A program made the position numbers and the translations under genes. Below the pieces are notes generated by a model. It had not been told where the DNA came from, did not search any database, and saw only the letters and a list, made by a program, of their open reading frames with translations. Positions 1 to 11,097 of a stretch of DNA of 64,000 bases are shown here, piece by piece; within the stretch, counting starts at the first letter, position 1, and each line of letters opens with the position of its first letter. This stretch comes from Savitreella phatthalungensis (lineage: Eukaryota): assembly GCA_051599415.1 (NCBI GenBank), contig AP039712.1, forward strand, positions 1 through 64,000, in the 5' to 3' direction.

Positions 1-78
1 TGTCCGGAAACCTACTTCGTTCAGTTACGTATTGCTAAGGTTAAGACTACTTTCTGCCTTTGCGAGAACAGCTAACCT
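1..78 (+). other. Untrimmed Oxford Nanopore ligation adapter plus native barcode (sequencing artefact, not genomic)
   Basis: 13-36 TACTTCGTTCAGTTACGTATTGCT matches the ONT adapter 3' end. 37-44 AAGGTTAA is the native-barcode flank. 45-68 GACTACTTTCTGCCTTTGCGAGAA is recognised as NB06. CAGC..ACCT then approximates the CAGCACCT flank. Confidence 0.95.
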
Positions 79-79
79 A

Positions 80-181
80 CCCTAACCCTAACCCTAACCC
101 TAACCCTAACCCTAACCCTAACCCTAACCCTAACCCTAACCCTAACCCTAACCCTAACCCTAACCCTAACCCTAACCCTAA
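80..181 (+). repeat. Telomeric repeat (CCCTAA)n = (TTAGGG)n, about 17 perfect copies
   Basis: Perfect CCCTAA hexamer array at the contig start, with the C-rich strand 5' as expected for a left chromosome end. Confidence 0.98.
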
Positions 182-269
182 CCCCCCGCCCGGTTTACCT
201 GAAACATCCCATGCCATTTGCTCCCCACATTCCTACTCTTAAAAACCCTGCCATCTGTTTCATCTGCAA

Positions 270-1140
270 TTGCACCATCACCTGCCAAATGCCGTTTCCT
301 GCATGTCACCTGCCACACGCTGTTGCCTGCATGTTGCCTGTCAAATGCCGTTATCTGCACTGCCACCTGTCAAACATGTTTATCTGCTACGCTCCCGCTG
401 GTCGTCAACATCATCACCTTGCTACCTCCTTGCTGCCCCCTTGTTGCTTCACTCCCTGCTGTGCTCCTGCTCTCACTCCTGCTGCTGTTGCTTACTTTGT
501 CACTCCATGTCACTCCACTCTCCTTGACCCATACACTGCTCATCCTTCTCACTTCTATCACCCTCATCTATTTGACATTCTTCTCCATTTACCCAACACA
601 CCCCATGCAAAATCACCCCACATTCTTATTGTTAACTGCCTCCCCATCTGATTCATCTGCAACTGCACTGTTGCCTGCTGAATGCTGTTACCTGCATGTC
701 ACCTGCTAAATCCTGCTACCTGAACTGCCACCTGTCAAATGCCGTTACCTGCACTGCCTCTTGTCAAACACTGTTACCTGCCCTGCTGCCTGGCAAATGC
801 CGTTACCTGCCAAAATGCCTGTCAATTGTTGAATCCACTCATCAATTCCATTACCTGCCCTGTCATCCCGTCAAATGCTGTTACTGCCCTGTCTCTGTCA
901 AATGTTCTTACCTGCCTGGTCTCCTTCAAATCCTGTTATTTGCACGGTTGTCTGCCATGTGCTGTTGCCTGCACCATCATCTGTCACCCGGTCTTATCTG
1001 CACTGTCACTTGTGTCATCATCTCTCAAATACCGTTACCTCCGCTACTACTTGCCTCATTGCCCTGCTCTGTGGCCTGGCATTTGTCAAACCCTGGATTG
1101 GCCAATTGCTGTTGACCTGTCAACCCCTGTTGTGTATCAC
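270..1140. repeat. Degenerate ~29-bp subtelomeric minisatellite (consensus approx. CACCTGTCAAATGCCGTTACCTGCACTGC)
   Basis: Recurrent CTGTCAAATGC(C/T)GTTAC(C/T)TGC units at ~278-385 and ~660-915, with decayed copies to ~1140. Confidence 0.75.
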
Positions 1141-1427
1141 ACACTTGTTGCCCGCACAATACCTTGTTTCATTACTGCACTGCCATTGGCTGAATGATGT
1201 CATCTGTTCAAACTGTGCTGTCACTTGATGCGTCATTGCTGCACTGTCACTTGTCACTGTCATTTGTCACCTGGCCCTGCCACTGACTCTGTCTCTGCTT
1301 GTTATAAACACCACCTGCTTGGCCCTGGCCCTATCCTGTTGCCTGCATTCTCATTCCTCTGTCTGTAATTGGCACTGGCGCCTGTTGTGCAACATCAATC
1401 GACTGCAATTGACTGCAATGTCACATG

Positions 1428-1500
1428 GCATGCACTGTTTCCTCCACTGTTGCTTGTCACATCGCATGCACTGTTACCTCCACTGTTGCTTGTCAAATCC
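1428..1500. repeat. ~36-bp tandem duplication (GCATGCACTGTT(T/A)CCTCCACTGTTGCTTGTCA(C/A)ATC) x2
   Basis: Two near-identical adjacent copies are visible. Confidence 0.8.
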
Positions 1501-1699
1501 ATTGCTTGCACTGCGCTGTGCCCTTCATGCCACGACTGACTTCAATTCACTCTCACTTGCTCCTCTTGACTGTCTTGTGCACTGTCGCATGTACTTGCCA
1601 CTCTCATGCACTGTAATCTGTCCACTATGTTGTGTCTGTGCCTGTCTGTGCTCCTTGTATGCCTCATTCTACTATCTAGTCTGTGTTTCATTGACTGTG

Positions 1700-2010
1700 A
1701 TGGCTGCTACTGCTACCACACTGACTACTTCTGACATTCCCTTCACTCCTTCTAATGCTGCCACTACTACAGCTACTGCTGCATTTACTACTGCTGCTGT
1801 TCCTACTGCTGCTACTGCTACTACTGCCATCAGCACCACCATTACCACTGCTACTGCTGCTACTACTACTGCTGGTGGGCATGTTGCTGCCGTGCTGTGC
1901 CGTGCTGTGCTGTGCTGTGCTGTGCTGTGCTGTGCTGCTGCTACTGCTGCTGCTACTGCTGCTGCGACTGCTGCTGCGACTGCCGCTGCTACTGCTGCTG
2001 CTACTGCTGA
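1700..2010. repeat. Compound microsatellite: (GCT/ACT)n trinucleotides flanking a (GCTGT)n pentamer array at ~1885-1935
   Basis: Seen directly. Confidence 0.9.
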
Positions 2011-2039
2011 TGGCAGGCATGCTACAGATTCTCCGAGCG

Positions 2040-2216
2040 CCGCAGTTTGATTTTGCAGTTTTGTTTCGCAGTTTGGGTTTGCAATGTGGTCTTTGCAGTT
2101 TGATCTTTGCTGTTTGGTCTTTGCAGTTTGATCTTTGCTGTTTGGTCTTTGCAGTTTGGCCTTTGCAGTTTGGTTTTGGCAGTTTGATTTTGCAGTCTGG
2201 TCTTGCAGTCTGGTCC
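2040..2216. repeat. ~14-bp minisatellite (TCTTTGCAGTTTG(G/A))n, about 12 degenerate copies
   Basis: TTTGCAGTTTG cores repeat at ~13-14 bp spacing. Confidence 0.85.
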
Positions 2217-5049
2217 TGCGTTCTGATTCATCCCTGACTGCTGTCGCAGAGGACGGCCGCAGGACCCAAGAGCGACGGACAAGCAACACAGACACAAGCC
2301 TGACAACATAGGGGAACACAGGCGGAGTCAACCAGAGAACACAGGGAGATACAAACAAGTACAAACAGACACAGAGGGACTACAAGAGACGGTCTAGGCA
2401 GTGACACTGACCATGCTATAACTGATACAAACCACAACTCTGCTGACATGGCAGGTTGGTAGGGGGTACAAAAGAACACAACATGCTGTACGGAGACAGC
2501 ATGCCAGATATCCCCGATACCAGGACCTAGCACAGAACCATACTATTTGACAGCTCCATACAGGGCTGCTATCTTGTCATACATAGAGCAAGTGATTGCG
2601 GAAGTGACAGCGTCGTGTACAAACCGTATATGGTCGATCTGAGCCACAGAGTGGTCGCAACAACTGTAGATTATAAGTTAGGGATGCAATGCAGTGTTCC
2701 ATTGGTGAATTCATGGCTACAATCCGGCTCCGCTGAAAACAGTTTGGAATTTTCGAACAGAATATGATTAGATCATCGAGTTCCGAATTCTTCTCGTTCA
2801 ACCATGAAAGTCACACGCCGTCGCCCTTGCTGATCAATCAAAAGACTTTCGGAATCTCTTCATCACTGCCATGCAAGAGCTCTTGTTGAGGACGACGGCG
2901 ACTTGCGCGCGCGCATTTTCACGCTCGACACGACTGATAGACACTGTGGGGCCATCACTTATGCAGTAACCCAGAACCGTCTCGAGCTCAGAAACGCATC
3001 AACAAGGCTTTTCTGCTGCCGCCGAGCAATCTGTCAATCCGATGTCCCGAGGAATAACCTCTGCTATCATTGCGCCAGCCTTTTCTAAATGGGTGCGCTC
3101 TGCCTGCAGCCTTGTGTGTCCCTCTGTTTATCACTAACGCTTTGCACACTGTGCCTAGCAGCTGTTGTAGAATCGGTGGGCAGTCTGCAACGGGTTTCAA
3201 TTATTTGTCATCGGCTCGGCAGCATTTCCGCCTTTTCATAGCGAAAACAGCTTGACCTCAACTCAAACATTTGTATTCCTAGTTGAGCAATTTGTGCCTT
3301 TAGAGCACTCCTGCTGCTCAATTGAAATTCGCAGTGATCCAAAAAAACGCTTTGAGCAGAACTTGTATTTCGGTTATGCATGCATGGAAAGAAGTCAATG
3401 TCATCAGGATTCATGGTTTGACGTCAAGAATTCAGTTGGATGTTTGCTAGTGTCAATTTGGACTATGCGACCATCAGAAGCAACAGACGGGCCTTCATCA
3501 TTGTCTGCCATAGCCGCATTTGATAGAGATTAAGGCGCAAATCCACATGAGCTTGTCATTTGCTGAAGATTTGCGGTTTTCAAGTATCACTGAAGCGCGT
3601 CTCAACGGTCCGAGACGCCCATTCCGCCTATCCAGTGTCACAAATCGGCCACGCAGCACTGCCTGTAGCGACCATTTCTTGCCAATATCAGCCCTGCTTT
3701 TGTGTTTGATAAGTATGCTTGATCAGGACTGAGAGCTATTTGAGACTTTATAAAGCCCCCATTGTCGTCCGATGGGCCTTGTGCAAATGCGTCTCGCACC
3801 TCAAGATTGGACGGGGCAATCACTGTCACACACCGATTGTTCACCTTGTGGGCGGTTTCTCTTTGGACATTGAGGCTTGATCTTTCTTCAGGATGAAATA
3901 ATCTGCTAAATTCCAACGCATATACGCACGCGTATACCCTTTGTGCGACTGGGGTCAACACGGACTTCGTTGCAATGGACCGCTATTGCTGCTGCTCAAT
4001 AGCAGTCATTCATCTGGCTGGATAGCACGCAGCCATCTCGTACAGTTCACCACAGCGCACTTGCACGACTGCAAAGAGGCAATGGCGACTGTTGAAATAT
4101 CAGAGTGTCATGCATGAACGGTCCCAGCTTACTCGACTTCCTGGCACAAATGGTCTAGTCGTCCGGCCAGCTTGTATGCAATCGTACAAGATGCCATCGC
4201 TCCCGCAAACACATGGCTCTGCACTATACATGACAAGCTTGTAGCCGTGTACTGGAGCTGTCAATTAGGTGCAGTGTCGTTCTGTGCTAGGTGTCGGTGT
4301 TTCTCGCACGCCTTCTGTGTCGGCGTGCTACATCCTCTTACCTGTATGTCTAGGATGCGTCATACAATGGTCAGGGCAAGTCAGTGAGCCCAATATCTCG
4401 TGATCTGCCGGAATTATTTGAAATGTTCGTATTTCTCGATTTGCTTCTTCAAGTAAAGCCTCCTGTGCCGTTCGGTCCGCGTCCGTGTCGCTTCTTCATT
4501 CGCTCTTGGGTCCTGCGACTGTCCATTGCGGCCATATATTCTTGTGTTGCATTCACGCGTTACTTCAGATGGTGTGCGGCCTAGTTGAACTCATCCGGCC
4601 GCACCAAGATGTAGTGCAGCTATAGCTAGCTGCATGCCCGAACGGTCCGCAGATTATCAGCAGGATCACGAAGTGAAGGATGACTGCCCTAGCAGACTGC
4701 AAGCACGCTAAGGAGTGGCTTGAAAGAAAAGTGACGTCGATGTCTACACGTGTACGGCTTGTCACGAAACCCGGGCGGCCTGGTGGAGTGCTGAAAATTG
4801 CCTCACCCTCGTGTCACTCATTCGCAAGTCTGCTCAAGAACCACGCGGGATCAAAATGGCGTACACAATGGAAGTATTGCCATTAGGGCGGGCCTTCAAG
4901 CACGGAACGCATGATGAGGAATTGCGCAGAACCGTTTCTGTGATGGATCCATTCCTGTTATGGATCGCGTGACGCATTGGTAGAGAAGATCGATGTTTTC
5001 AGATTAAATCACGAGTGTCGCAAATGGACACCAGGGCAAATTCAGATAA

Positions 5050-5666
5050 CTAGTCCTGTTCGTCAAACTTCTGCTCGACGAGATCCGGGATGTCGTCCTC
5101 GTCATCGTCTGCTTCCTTCGCGTCCGCGCCGGCGCCGGCTCCTGCTGCTGCCTTGGCTTCAGCTTGAGCCTGTGACATTTGCTGATAAGACTCTGCGAGC
5201 TTGCGGAGAGAGGCAAGCGACTCTGGGCCGAGCTGGTTCAGGATGCCCGGCAAGAGCTCGCTCAGCTCTTTGTTTTCACCTCGACCATAGACTGCGAACG
5301 TGTTCGACTGCACAGCGGCATGGACTTTACATAGTCAGTCAGACGGAGCTCTTTCTCGAACGTTCAAAGAGAGAAATAGCCTTACCTTGGACGCGAGAAA
5401 AGTGAAGCACAGATCCATCCTCCTTGAACATATTGACCTCGTCAATGCCCGTGATGGGCTGAACATTGATCTTTTTCAGGGCTGCCTGGATCTTCCGGTC
5501 ATCTGCAGCCGAGTTGCGCTGGACCTTCTTAATCGTACGGCGGGGAGTACCCTTGCCGCCCGTGCGGGGGGCACCGCGAGCTTGCAAGCGCTTGAGTACC
5601 TCGGGATCTTGTCCGTGTCAGCAAAGATGTATGCACGTCGCATGAGAACTCAGATCACTTACCCAT
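5050..5666 (-). CDS. EGD1: Nascent polypeptide-associated complex beta subunit (BTF3/Egd1), 3 exons: 5666-5663, 5607-5386, 5324-5050
   Basis: Spliced product reads [25 protein letters not shown]...[58 protein letters not shown]. Donors are GTAAG, branch points CTGAC, acceptors AAG. Confidence 0.93.
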
Positions 5667-5864
5667 AACGTCCTATCGTCCTGTGGTCTCCTTGAGCTAT
5701 AGAGCAAAATGTCGCATTTTCTTAGTTGAAGAACCGTGCGAAATCGCTGAGGATTGCGATTCATGCATTGGGACACGAATGATTCTTGCATGAAGGATAT
5801 TGTGATCAACCAAAAGGCTTGCTATGATATTCCAAACTAACTGGTGCGTGCTGGCGATTCTCGC

Positions 5865-7279
5865 TCAGTTCACGCTAGTGTCTTGCCCGGCCTGTTGCTG
5901 AAGATGGGTGGCGAGGGCGACAAGAGCGGCGCCAACGCCGGAGCCGTCCTTGGCGACGCCGATGACAAAGTTGTGAGCCTTGTCGCCGAGTATCTCAACG
6001 AGAGCCTCACGCATCATTTCCTGAAAGCCTGGGTAGTACTCCACAACGGAGCCGTCCACTCCGATATTATACTTTCGCTCCAGCCCTCCAGTCGACATGG
6101 CCAATGCCGCGATGGGAATGGCGGAGAGGCGCGCCGCACGCCGACCGATTGCGAAAGTGATATCCTTCAGAGCCTTCCGATTGTCCGTTGTGTCTTCCAG
6201 GCCGAGCTCCTTCGCAATCTTGCCGGTGTTCTCGAGAGTGCCCGTGTCTGCGCAAATCTCGGACATGATGGCTGTGTCGAGTGTGAATGGCTCGGATGCA
6301 CTAGCTCCATAGAGGGCAAGCGTCTGCCGCAATAGCTCTCCCAGGAACATGCCCGAGATGCGCTTCTCGAACAGCTGTTTGCCGGGATTGACCGAAATCG
6401 CATCAAGTGCGCGGTCAAACCTTGTGTCTGGCAGAACGGTGAGCTTTCCATCGTCAAACGCACCCCACTCTGTGTTGACGACCATGTGCGTAGGGTTGCC
6501 CGGGATCTCCGCCTTGAGCTTCTTGAGCTTCTTGATGTCCTCGAGATATGCGCCATTTGTACCGGTTCCAAAGATGGCTCCCATATCAGCCCCACCCGTC
6601 TGCGGCGAGCCATAAGACCGTGCCATCATAGTGCCGACAGTGTCATTGACCAGGGCGACGACATGCACCGGTACGCTTTTGGCGTTCAGCTGCTGTTGAA
6701 GAAGAGCGACGACGTCCTGTCCGACTGCTGATTCGACGGTGAAGCCTTTCGTCCATCGCAGAAGAATGCCACTGTCAATTGCGGTCTGTTCGACGGGAAA
6801 GCTGAAGGTGAAACCGAGACGCAGATGGTTGTCCGGGTCGTGGTCGTATGCCTCGCCGTGATGTGTCTTCACGAAGTCTTCGACCTTTTCCGCAATGAAA
6901 CCAAAAAGCTCTTCTTGCTTGGGTGTCACCTGCAGGGCCTTAGAAACGGGGTACTTGGCTTGCTCCATCTCAAAAGTGCCATCGCCGAGCAGAGTCACGG
7001 AGCACACACGAAGATTCGTGCCTCCGAGATCAAGGGCAAGGTAGGTGCCGGTCTCGGATCCATTGGGAACCTGTGTCACGTACGATGGAATCATTGCGAG
7101 TGGCTGATTGTCGTTGGACAATCCATAATCGGCAAGTTCGTCAAAGCGTCTCACAGCATCCTTGAGTTGCTGTGACGAAAATTCATACTCGGAGACAATC
7201 TAGTGAGCAGGGTTAGCGCCATGTCTTGAGTTGTTCATACAGAGCGACTTACTCGTTCTCGTTCGCCGGATAGAGACAT
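5865..7279 (-). CDS. Hexokinase/glucokinase, 2 exons (7279-7253, 7199-5865)
   Basis: Motifs LALDLGGTNLRV, LGFTFSFP, LLRWTKGF, VNDTVGT, IFGTGTNGAY, NTEWGAFD, DGSGVGAAL. Intron GTAAGT..GCTAAC..TAG restores the frame from MSLSGERER. Confidence 0.95.
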
Positions 7280-7427
7280 AGTAGGGCCTGTGTTCTGACG
7301 CTTCGCTTCTTGGACTCGGTCTCGTTGATGTTTCGTTACGACGTCATCCCACTATAAATCCGGCATATGGGGTAGTGCAGTACAATGCAAAAAGTGTCGT
7401 TGACGCCGCGAACAAAAATCGTTCGCG

Positions 7428-8078
7428 ATGCCCGGCAAGGTCTTCACAATTCGACACGGTGAGACTGAATGGTCACGACTTGGCAAGCACACCGGATTGA
7501 CTGATGTGCCGCTGACGTCTGCCGGAGAGACTCGTGTGGAGAAGTCAGCATCCTGCTTGGTCGGACCAGGCCGGCTTTGCGATCCTGCTACAATCGCACG
7601 CGTAATCGTCAGCCCACGTCAACGCGCAAAACGCACGCTTGAGCTCTTGAAACTACCGAGCTCGATCCCAGTAGAGGTTTCTGATATGATTTCTGAGTGG
7701 GATTACGGAGTCTACGAGGGCAAAACGAGCAAAGAGATCGATGCCAACTTGCCGCAACAGACTCAGGCTTGGAACGTTTTCAGAGACGGATGTCCGTCAG
7801 GCGACGGCCAGGAGAGCATCACGCGGCGCCTCGACGAGCTCATCGCATACGTACGCGCCCTTCAACGGGAAAATGAGGGACTTTGCGGCAACGTGCTCAT
7901 TGTAGCACATGGACACATTCTGCGGGCGTTTGCCGCCCGATGGATCGGAGACCCGGTCACGACAGGTGCACATTTGCTGTACTCGGCAGGGGGGTTTGGC
8001 GTACTTGGATACGAGCATCATTCATACGAAGAGCCGGCCATCGAAGTGTGGAATGTGACAGCTGATCTGTGGAGATAG
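7428..8078 (+). CDS. SHB17: Histidine phosphatase (PGM family), sedoheptulose-1,7-bisphosphatase Shb17-like
   Basis: RHGETEWS..GKHTGLTDVPLT, SPRQRA, EWDYGVYEG, VAHGHILRAFAARW. Confidence 0.85.
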   Translation: MPGKVFTIRHGETEWSRLGKHTGLTDVPLTSAGETRVEKSASCLVGPGRLCDPATIARVIVSPRQRAKRTLELLKLPSSIPVEVSDMISEWDYGVYEGKTSKEIDANLPQQTQAWNVFRDGCPSGDGQESITRRLDELIAYVRALQRENEGLCGNVLIVAHGHILRAFAARWIGDPVTTGAHLLYSAGGFGVLGYEHHSYEEPAIEVWNVTADLWR

Positions 8079-8144
8079 GGGATAAAGATTCAACATGTTG
8101 CAATCACGTAAGATTGGGTCGTAGGAGACATGACATCGACTTGT

Positions 8145-8672
8145 CTACATAATGACAAGGTTGCCGAACTTGTCGGTGTAACCAGGCACGACCCAGCGTC
8201 CCTTCGTTACCATGGTCTCCACATTCTTCTGGATGTCTGGTCTGGCGCGCATAACATCGTCTACGGTGAGCTCCTCGAAGGGACGAGCGCTCTCGATGTT
8301 CTTTAGCGTCTCTTGAAGTTGGGTAAGTTCCTTGTCGATAGACTGTTCCGTTTGCTGCGCATTGTCAATAGCCTTAGCCTCAAATTGCTCAATAGCCTTG
8401 AGCTGACCCTGCACATCATAGGTGGCAGGCTTGAAGCTCTGGTAAGCTTGTTCGATCTCGCGAACGACAGCCTGATTCTTCAGAGTCTGCTTGTAGAAGT
8501 CGAAGTCGATCGTCTGCTTCTGTGACTGCAATTGAGCAACCTTGTCCCGTGCATCCGTGTTGCGCTTGCGGAAGGATGACAGGCTCGAGAGAGTATTCTG
8601 ACCAAGTCCAAGCTTGGTCGTGACCTTCGTCCAGTCAACAGACTTTGCGGCAGCAGCAGCACGACTAGCCAT
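8145..8672 (-). CDS. ATP7: Mitochondrial F1Fo ATP synthase subunit d
   Basis: VDWTKV..L..F.KRN, IDFDFYK..LKNQ, L.NIESARPFEELTVDD, KGRWVVPGY.DKFGNL. Confidence 0.95.
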   Translation of the reverse strand: MASRAAAAAKSVDWTKVTTKLGLGQNTLSSLSSFRKRNTDARDKVAQLQSQKQTIDFDFYKQTLKNQAVVREIEQAYQSFKPATYDVQGQLKAIEQFEAKAIDNAQQTEQSIDKELTQLQETLKNIESARPFEELTVDDVMRARPDIQKNVETMVTKGRWVVPGYTDKFGNLVIM

Positions 8673-8931
8673 CTCTTAGTGTGTGTTCTTTACAATGTGT
8701 CGCTGATGCGCTCGATTTCTGCTATGCAATATCGCGACCCGAGAGCCGGCGATGCCCTAGAACACCATGCATGGAAAAAAAAGTGATCAGCTGGAAAATA
8801 CGCTGGCATCCAGGTTATGCAATAAATGCTGTATTCACCATGTACTATAAAGCAGCCGACTATGAAGCCATGGCTTAAGATGTCGTAAATTGTCATGTCG
8901 TGAAATCATCTCGTGTCTCTGCTCACCATTG

Positions 8932-9786
8932 TTACGGGGACAAAGCGTCAAGAAGCCGGGCTTGCAAGGTCTCCTTCTTGCCTGTCGCCTGTAGGCCTCT
9001 TTGTCGCAGCTCCGTTTTGAGCTGTGCAACGGTCATTTCCGACACATCTTCAGGAATGTCGTACTGAACGGCTGGTCTCCTGCTGGGAAGACGGTCAATC
9101 CGGATACTGCCGCGTTCATTGATTTCTAATGAGGGGGAAGACGTGGCGGTCGGCCAGCTATCGGCGAACGCTGTTTCTTCGACCAACGCACTGGCCATTG
9201 ATTCCGGCGCGAGCGGACTATCCGTCCGACTTGCCATACTGTTTGATGGTCCATAGACGGCTTCGACATCTTCAAATGGTGCATACTCAAACAAGTCGAA
9301 GCGTGCCATATCTAGCGTCTGAGCCGAAGCATTGCTTGACCCTATCATGCCGCTGCCAGCAATCATAGTGCTCCAGTCGAGCTTCTGCTCTGCCATGTCA
9401 GTCGTCTGCGTGTTTTCGTAAGGGAAATTCATGGAATAGTTGTCGATTCCGAGCGCTTCTGGCGCGAGCATTTCCCCGACCGCTGCAATTGCCGCCTGAG
9501 CGGCCGTGTTCACTATTGGCCAAGGCTGAGCATGTGTTTGAGCTTGTTGAACGGACAGTGGCACTGACTGCCTGTGCGGCCTTGCGATGCCAGAATACGG
9601 ATGAAATTTTGGCGACGGGTTGTTCTGTCTGCGCCTGATGTCGCCGCCTGCGAGCATCGGCAATGCCGCTGCTGCCTCATTACGTACAAAAGCCGGCCCT
9701 GTAGGCGTATCGTAGTATGAGTACCCCTCCAGCTCGCATTCTGGCGAGATGGAAACACGCGAAGGCTGTTCGCCTGCGCCATTCAT
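8932..9786 (-). CDS. Low-complexity protein with a C-terminal SAP domain
   Basis: C-terminus SEMTVAQLKTELRQRGLQATGKKETLQARL matches the SAP consensus; 284-aa ORF. Confidence 0.8.
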   Translation of the reverse strand: MNGAGEQPSRVSISPECELEGYSYYDTPTGPAFVRNEAAAALPMLAGGDIRRRQNNPSPKFHPYSGIARPHRQSVPLSVQQAQTHAQPWPIVNTAAQAAIAAVGEMLAPEALGIDNYSMNFPYENTQTTDMAEQKLDWSTMIAGSGMIGSSNASAQTLDMARFDLFEYAPFEDVEAVYGPSNSMASRTDSPLAPESMASALVEETAFADSWPTATSSPSLEINERGSIRIDRLPSRRPAVQYDIPEDVSEMTVAQLKTELRQRGLQATGKKETLQARLLDALSP

Positions 9787-11097
9787 TGCGCCTATTCAAA
9801 GAAATCCTCGAGACATGCGCGTAATAAGTTTCGGGCCTGCGTCCTGGTAATTAATTCAGTTGCCTGCTATGACCTCTGTGCATAAGTAGAAGAGACTCGA
9901 TCGTGTCGCGCGCCGTAGCCATGCCCCGCCCGCAGAGATCGGCTCACGTGCAGCTGCCCACAGAAATGCTGCAATTCGTGCTCTCGAGACCTCTCAGAGG
10001 CAATCTCTCCGAGGTCAGCCTGGGGAAATTGGTCAAATTCGAAAAACATCCGGATTTGCACCTATATTTGAGCGAATTTTTGGCCGACCATTTGAATGGG
10101 TTGACTGGCATCGTTGAGAGCCCGGGCGCTTTCAGCGCTCTGCACCATCAAAGGTTTCCGCGCCTCAAGTCCCATCAAGGGGCTGATGCATGTGCCAACC
10201 TGCCCCCACTCCGCAGTGCTGGATCTATACATAATGCCCGGGCTACGTCGCACCCTAGCAAATTCCTGGCGACGGACAAATATGCGCTGGGCTGAGCGTG
10301 TGGCTCAGCACAGACACCCGGGTGTCTTATGTCCATTTGAACAACCTAGATTCGCAGATCCGAATTTCCTCCAAAAAGGCGTCATCATTTACAGATCGGG
10401 CAAGAGATGCAGCACGTCCTCCATTGGTCAGATTCCCGCGAACGGCACTGAAAGATGCGCCATTTCTGCAGTACCACAGAAATTATCTATTCTGACGTTT
10501 AGAGGAGTCTCGTCGCCATCACTAGTGGCTAGTCAGTATACACATAATATTTGATTCAGGATGTTGTATAATCTCGCGAGAACTCAAATTCCTTGTGCGA
10601 CCTTTGACTGCATGTATTCGGACTCAAGAAGTTCTCTCTCGATAACATATCTGAATTCTTCCTCATTGATTACCGTTTTCAAACGGGCAACTGGTTTTCT
10701 TTTGGCAGCTCGGTGGATCATTCATTTAGGGGCTCCGCCGAAGTACCGCCACCAACCAATCGTCATCTCGTTCGGGAACTTTGTTTGGCCAGGCAGAGCC
10801 ACGTTGCATGGTCATGGAAAAGGTGCAGTCTGGAAACTCGGGTGGACACCTCCGTCCACAAGCAGGTGCGGGCCAGCCAGTCCATATGGTGATGCGCGCT
10901 CACAGGCCTATCCTGACGTGGAAAGACGTCCATTGTGCTGCAACAGAGCCTGACATGCGGCCCCTCGGGTGGGTTTGATTGACGCCTTTCCGATTGCCTA
11001 CCTTAAGTGACGCACACCCACATAAGACTCTCGTGCCTCCCATTCTGTCGTCCCGACTTCCTCAGACATGTCATGAGAAGACGGCCACATAACTATC

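Noticed and set aside
60..242. 60-aa (NP)n ORF
   Set aside because: It is a translation of barcode plus telomere repeats.
2040..2216. Repeat array considered as CRISPR-like
   Set aside because: Tandem units without unique spacers, in a eukaryotic context with no cas genes.
211..2533. Numerous Cys/Leu/Ala/Ser-rich ORFs up to 243 aa
   Set aside because: They are open in several frames and on both strands because of stop-poor satellite DNA; no domain signal.
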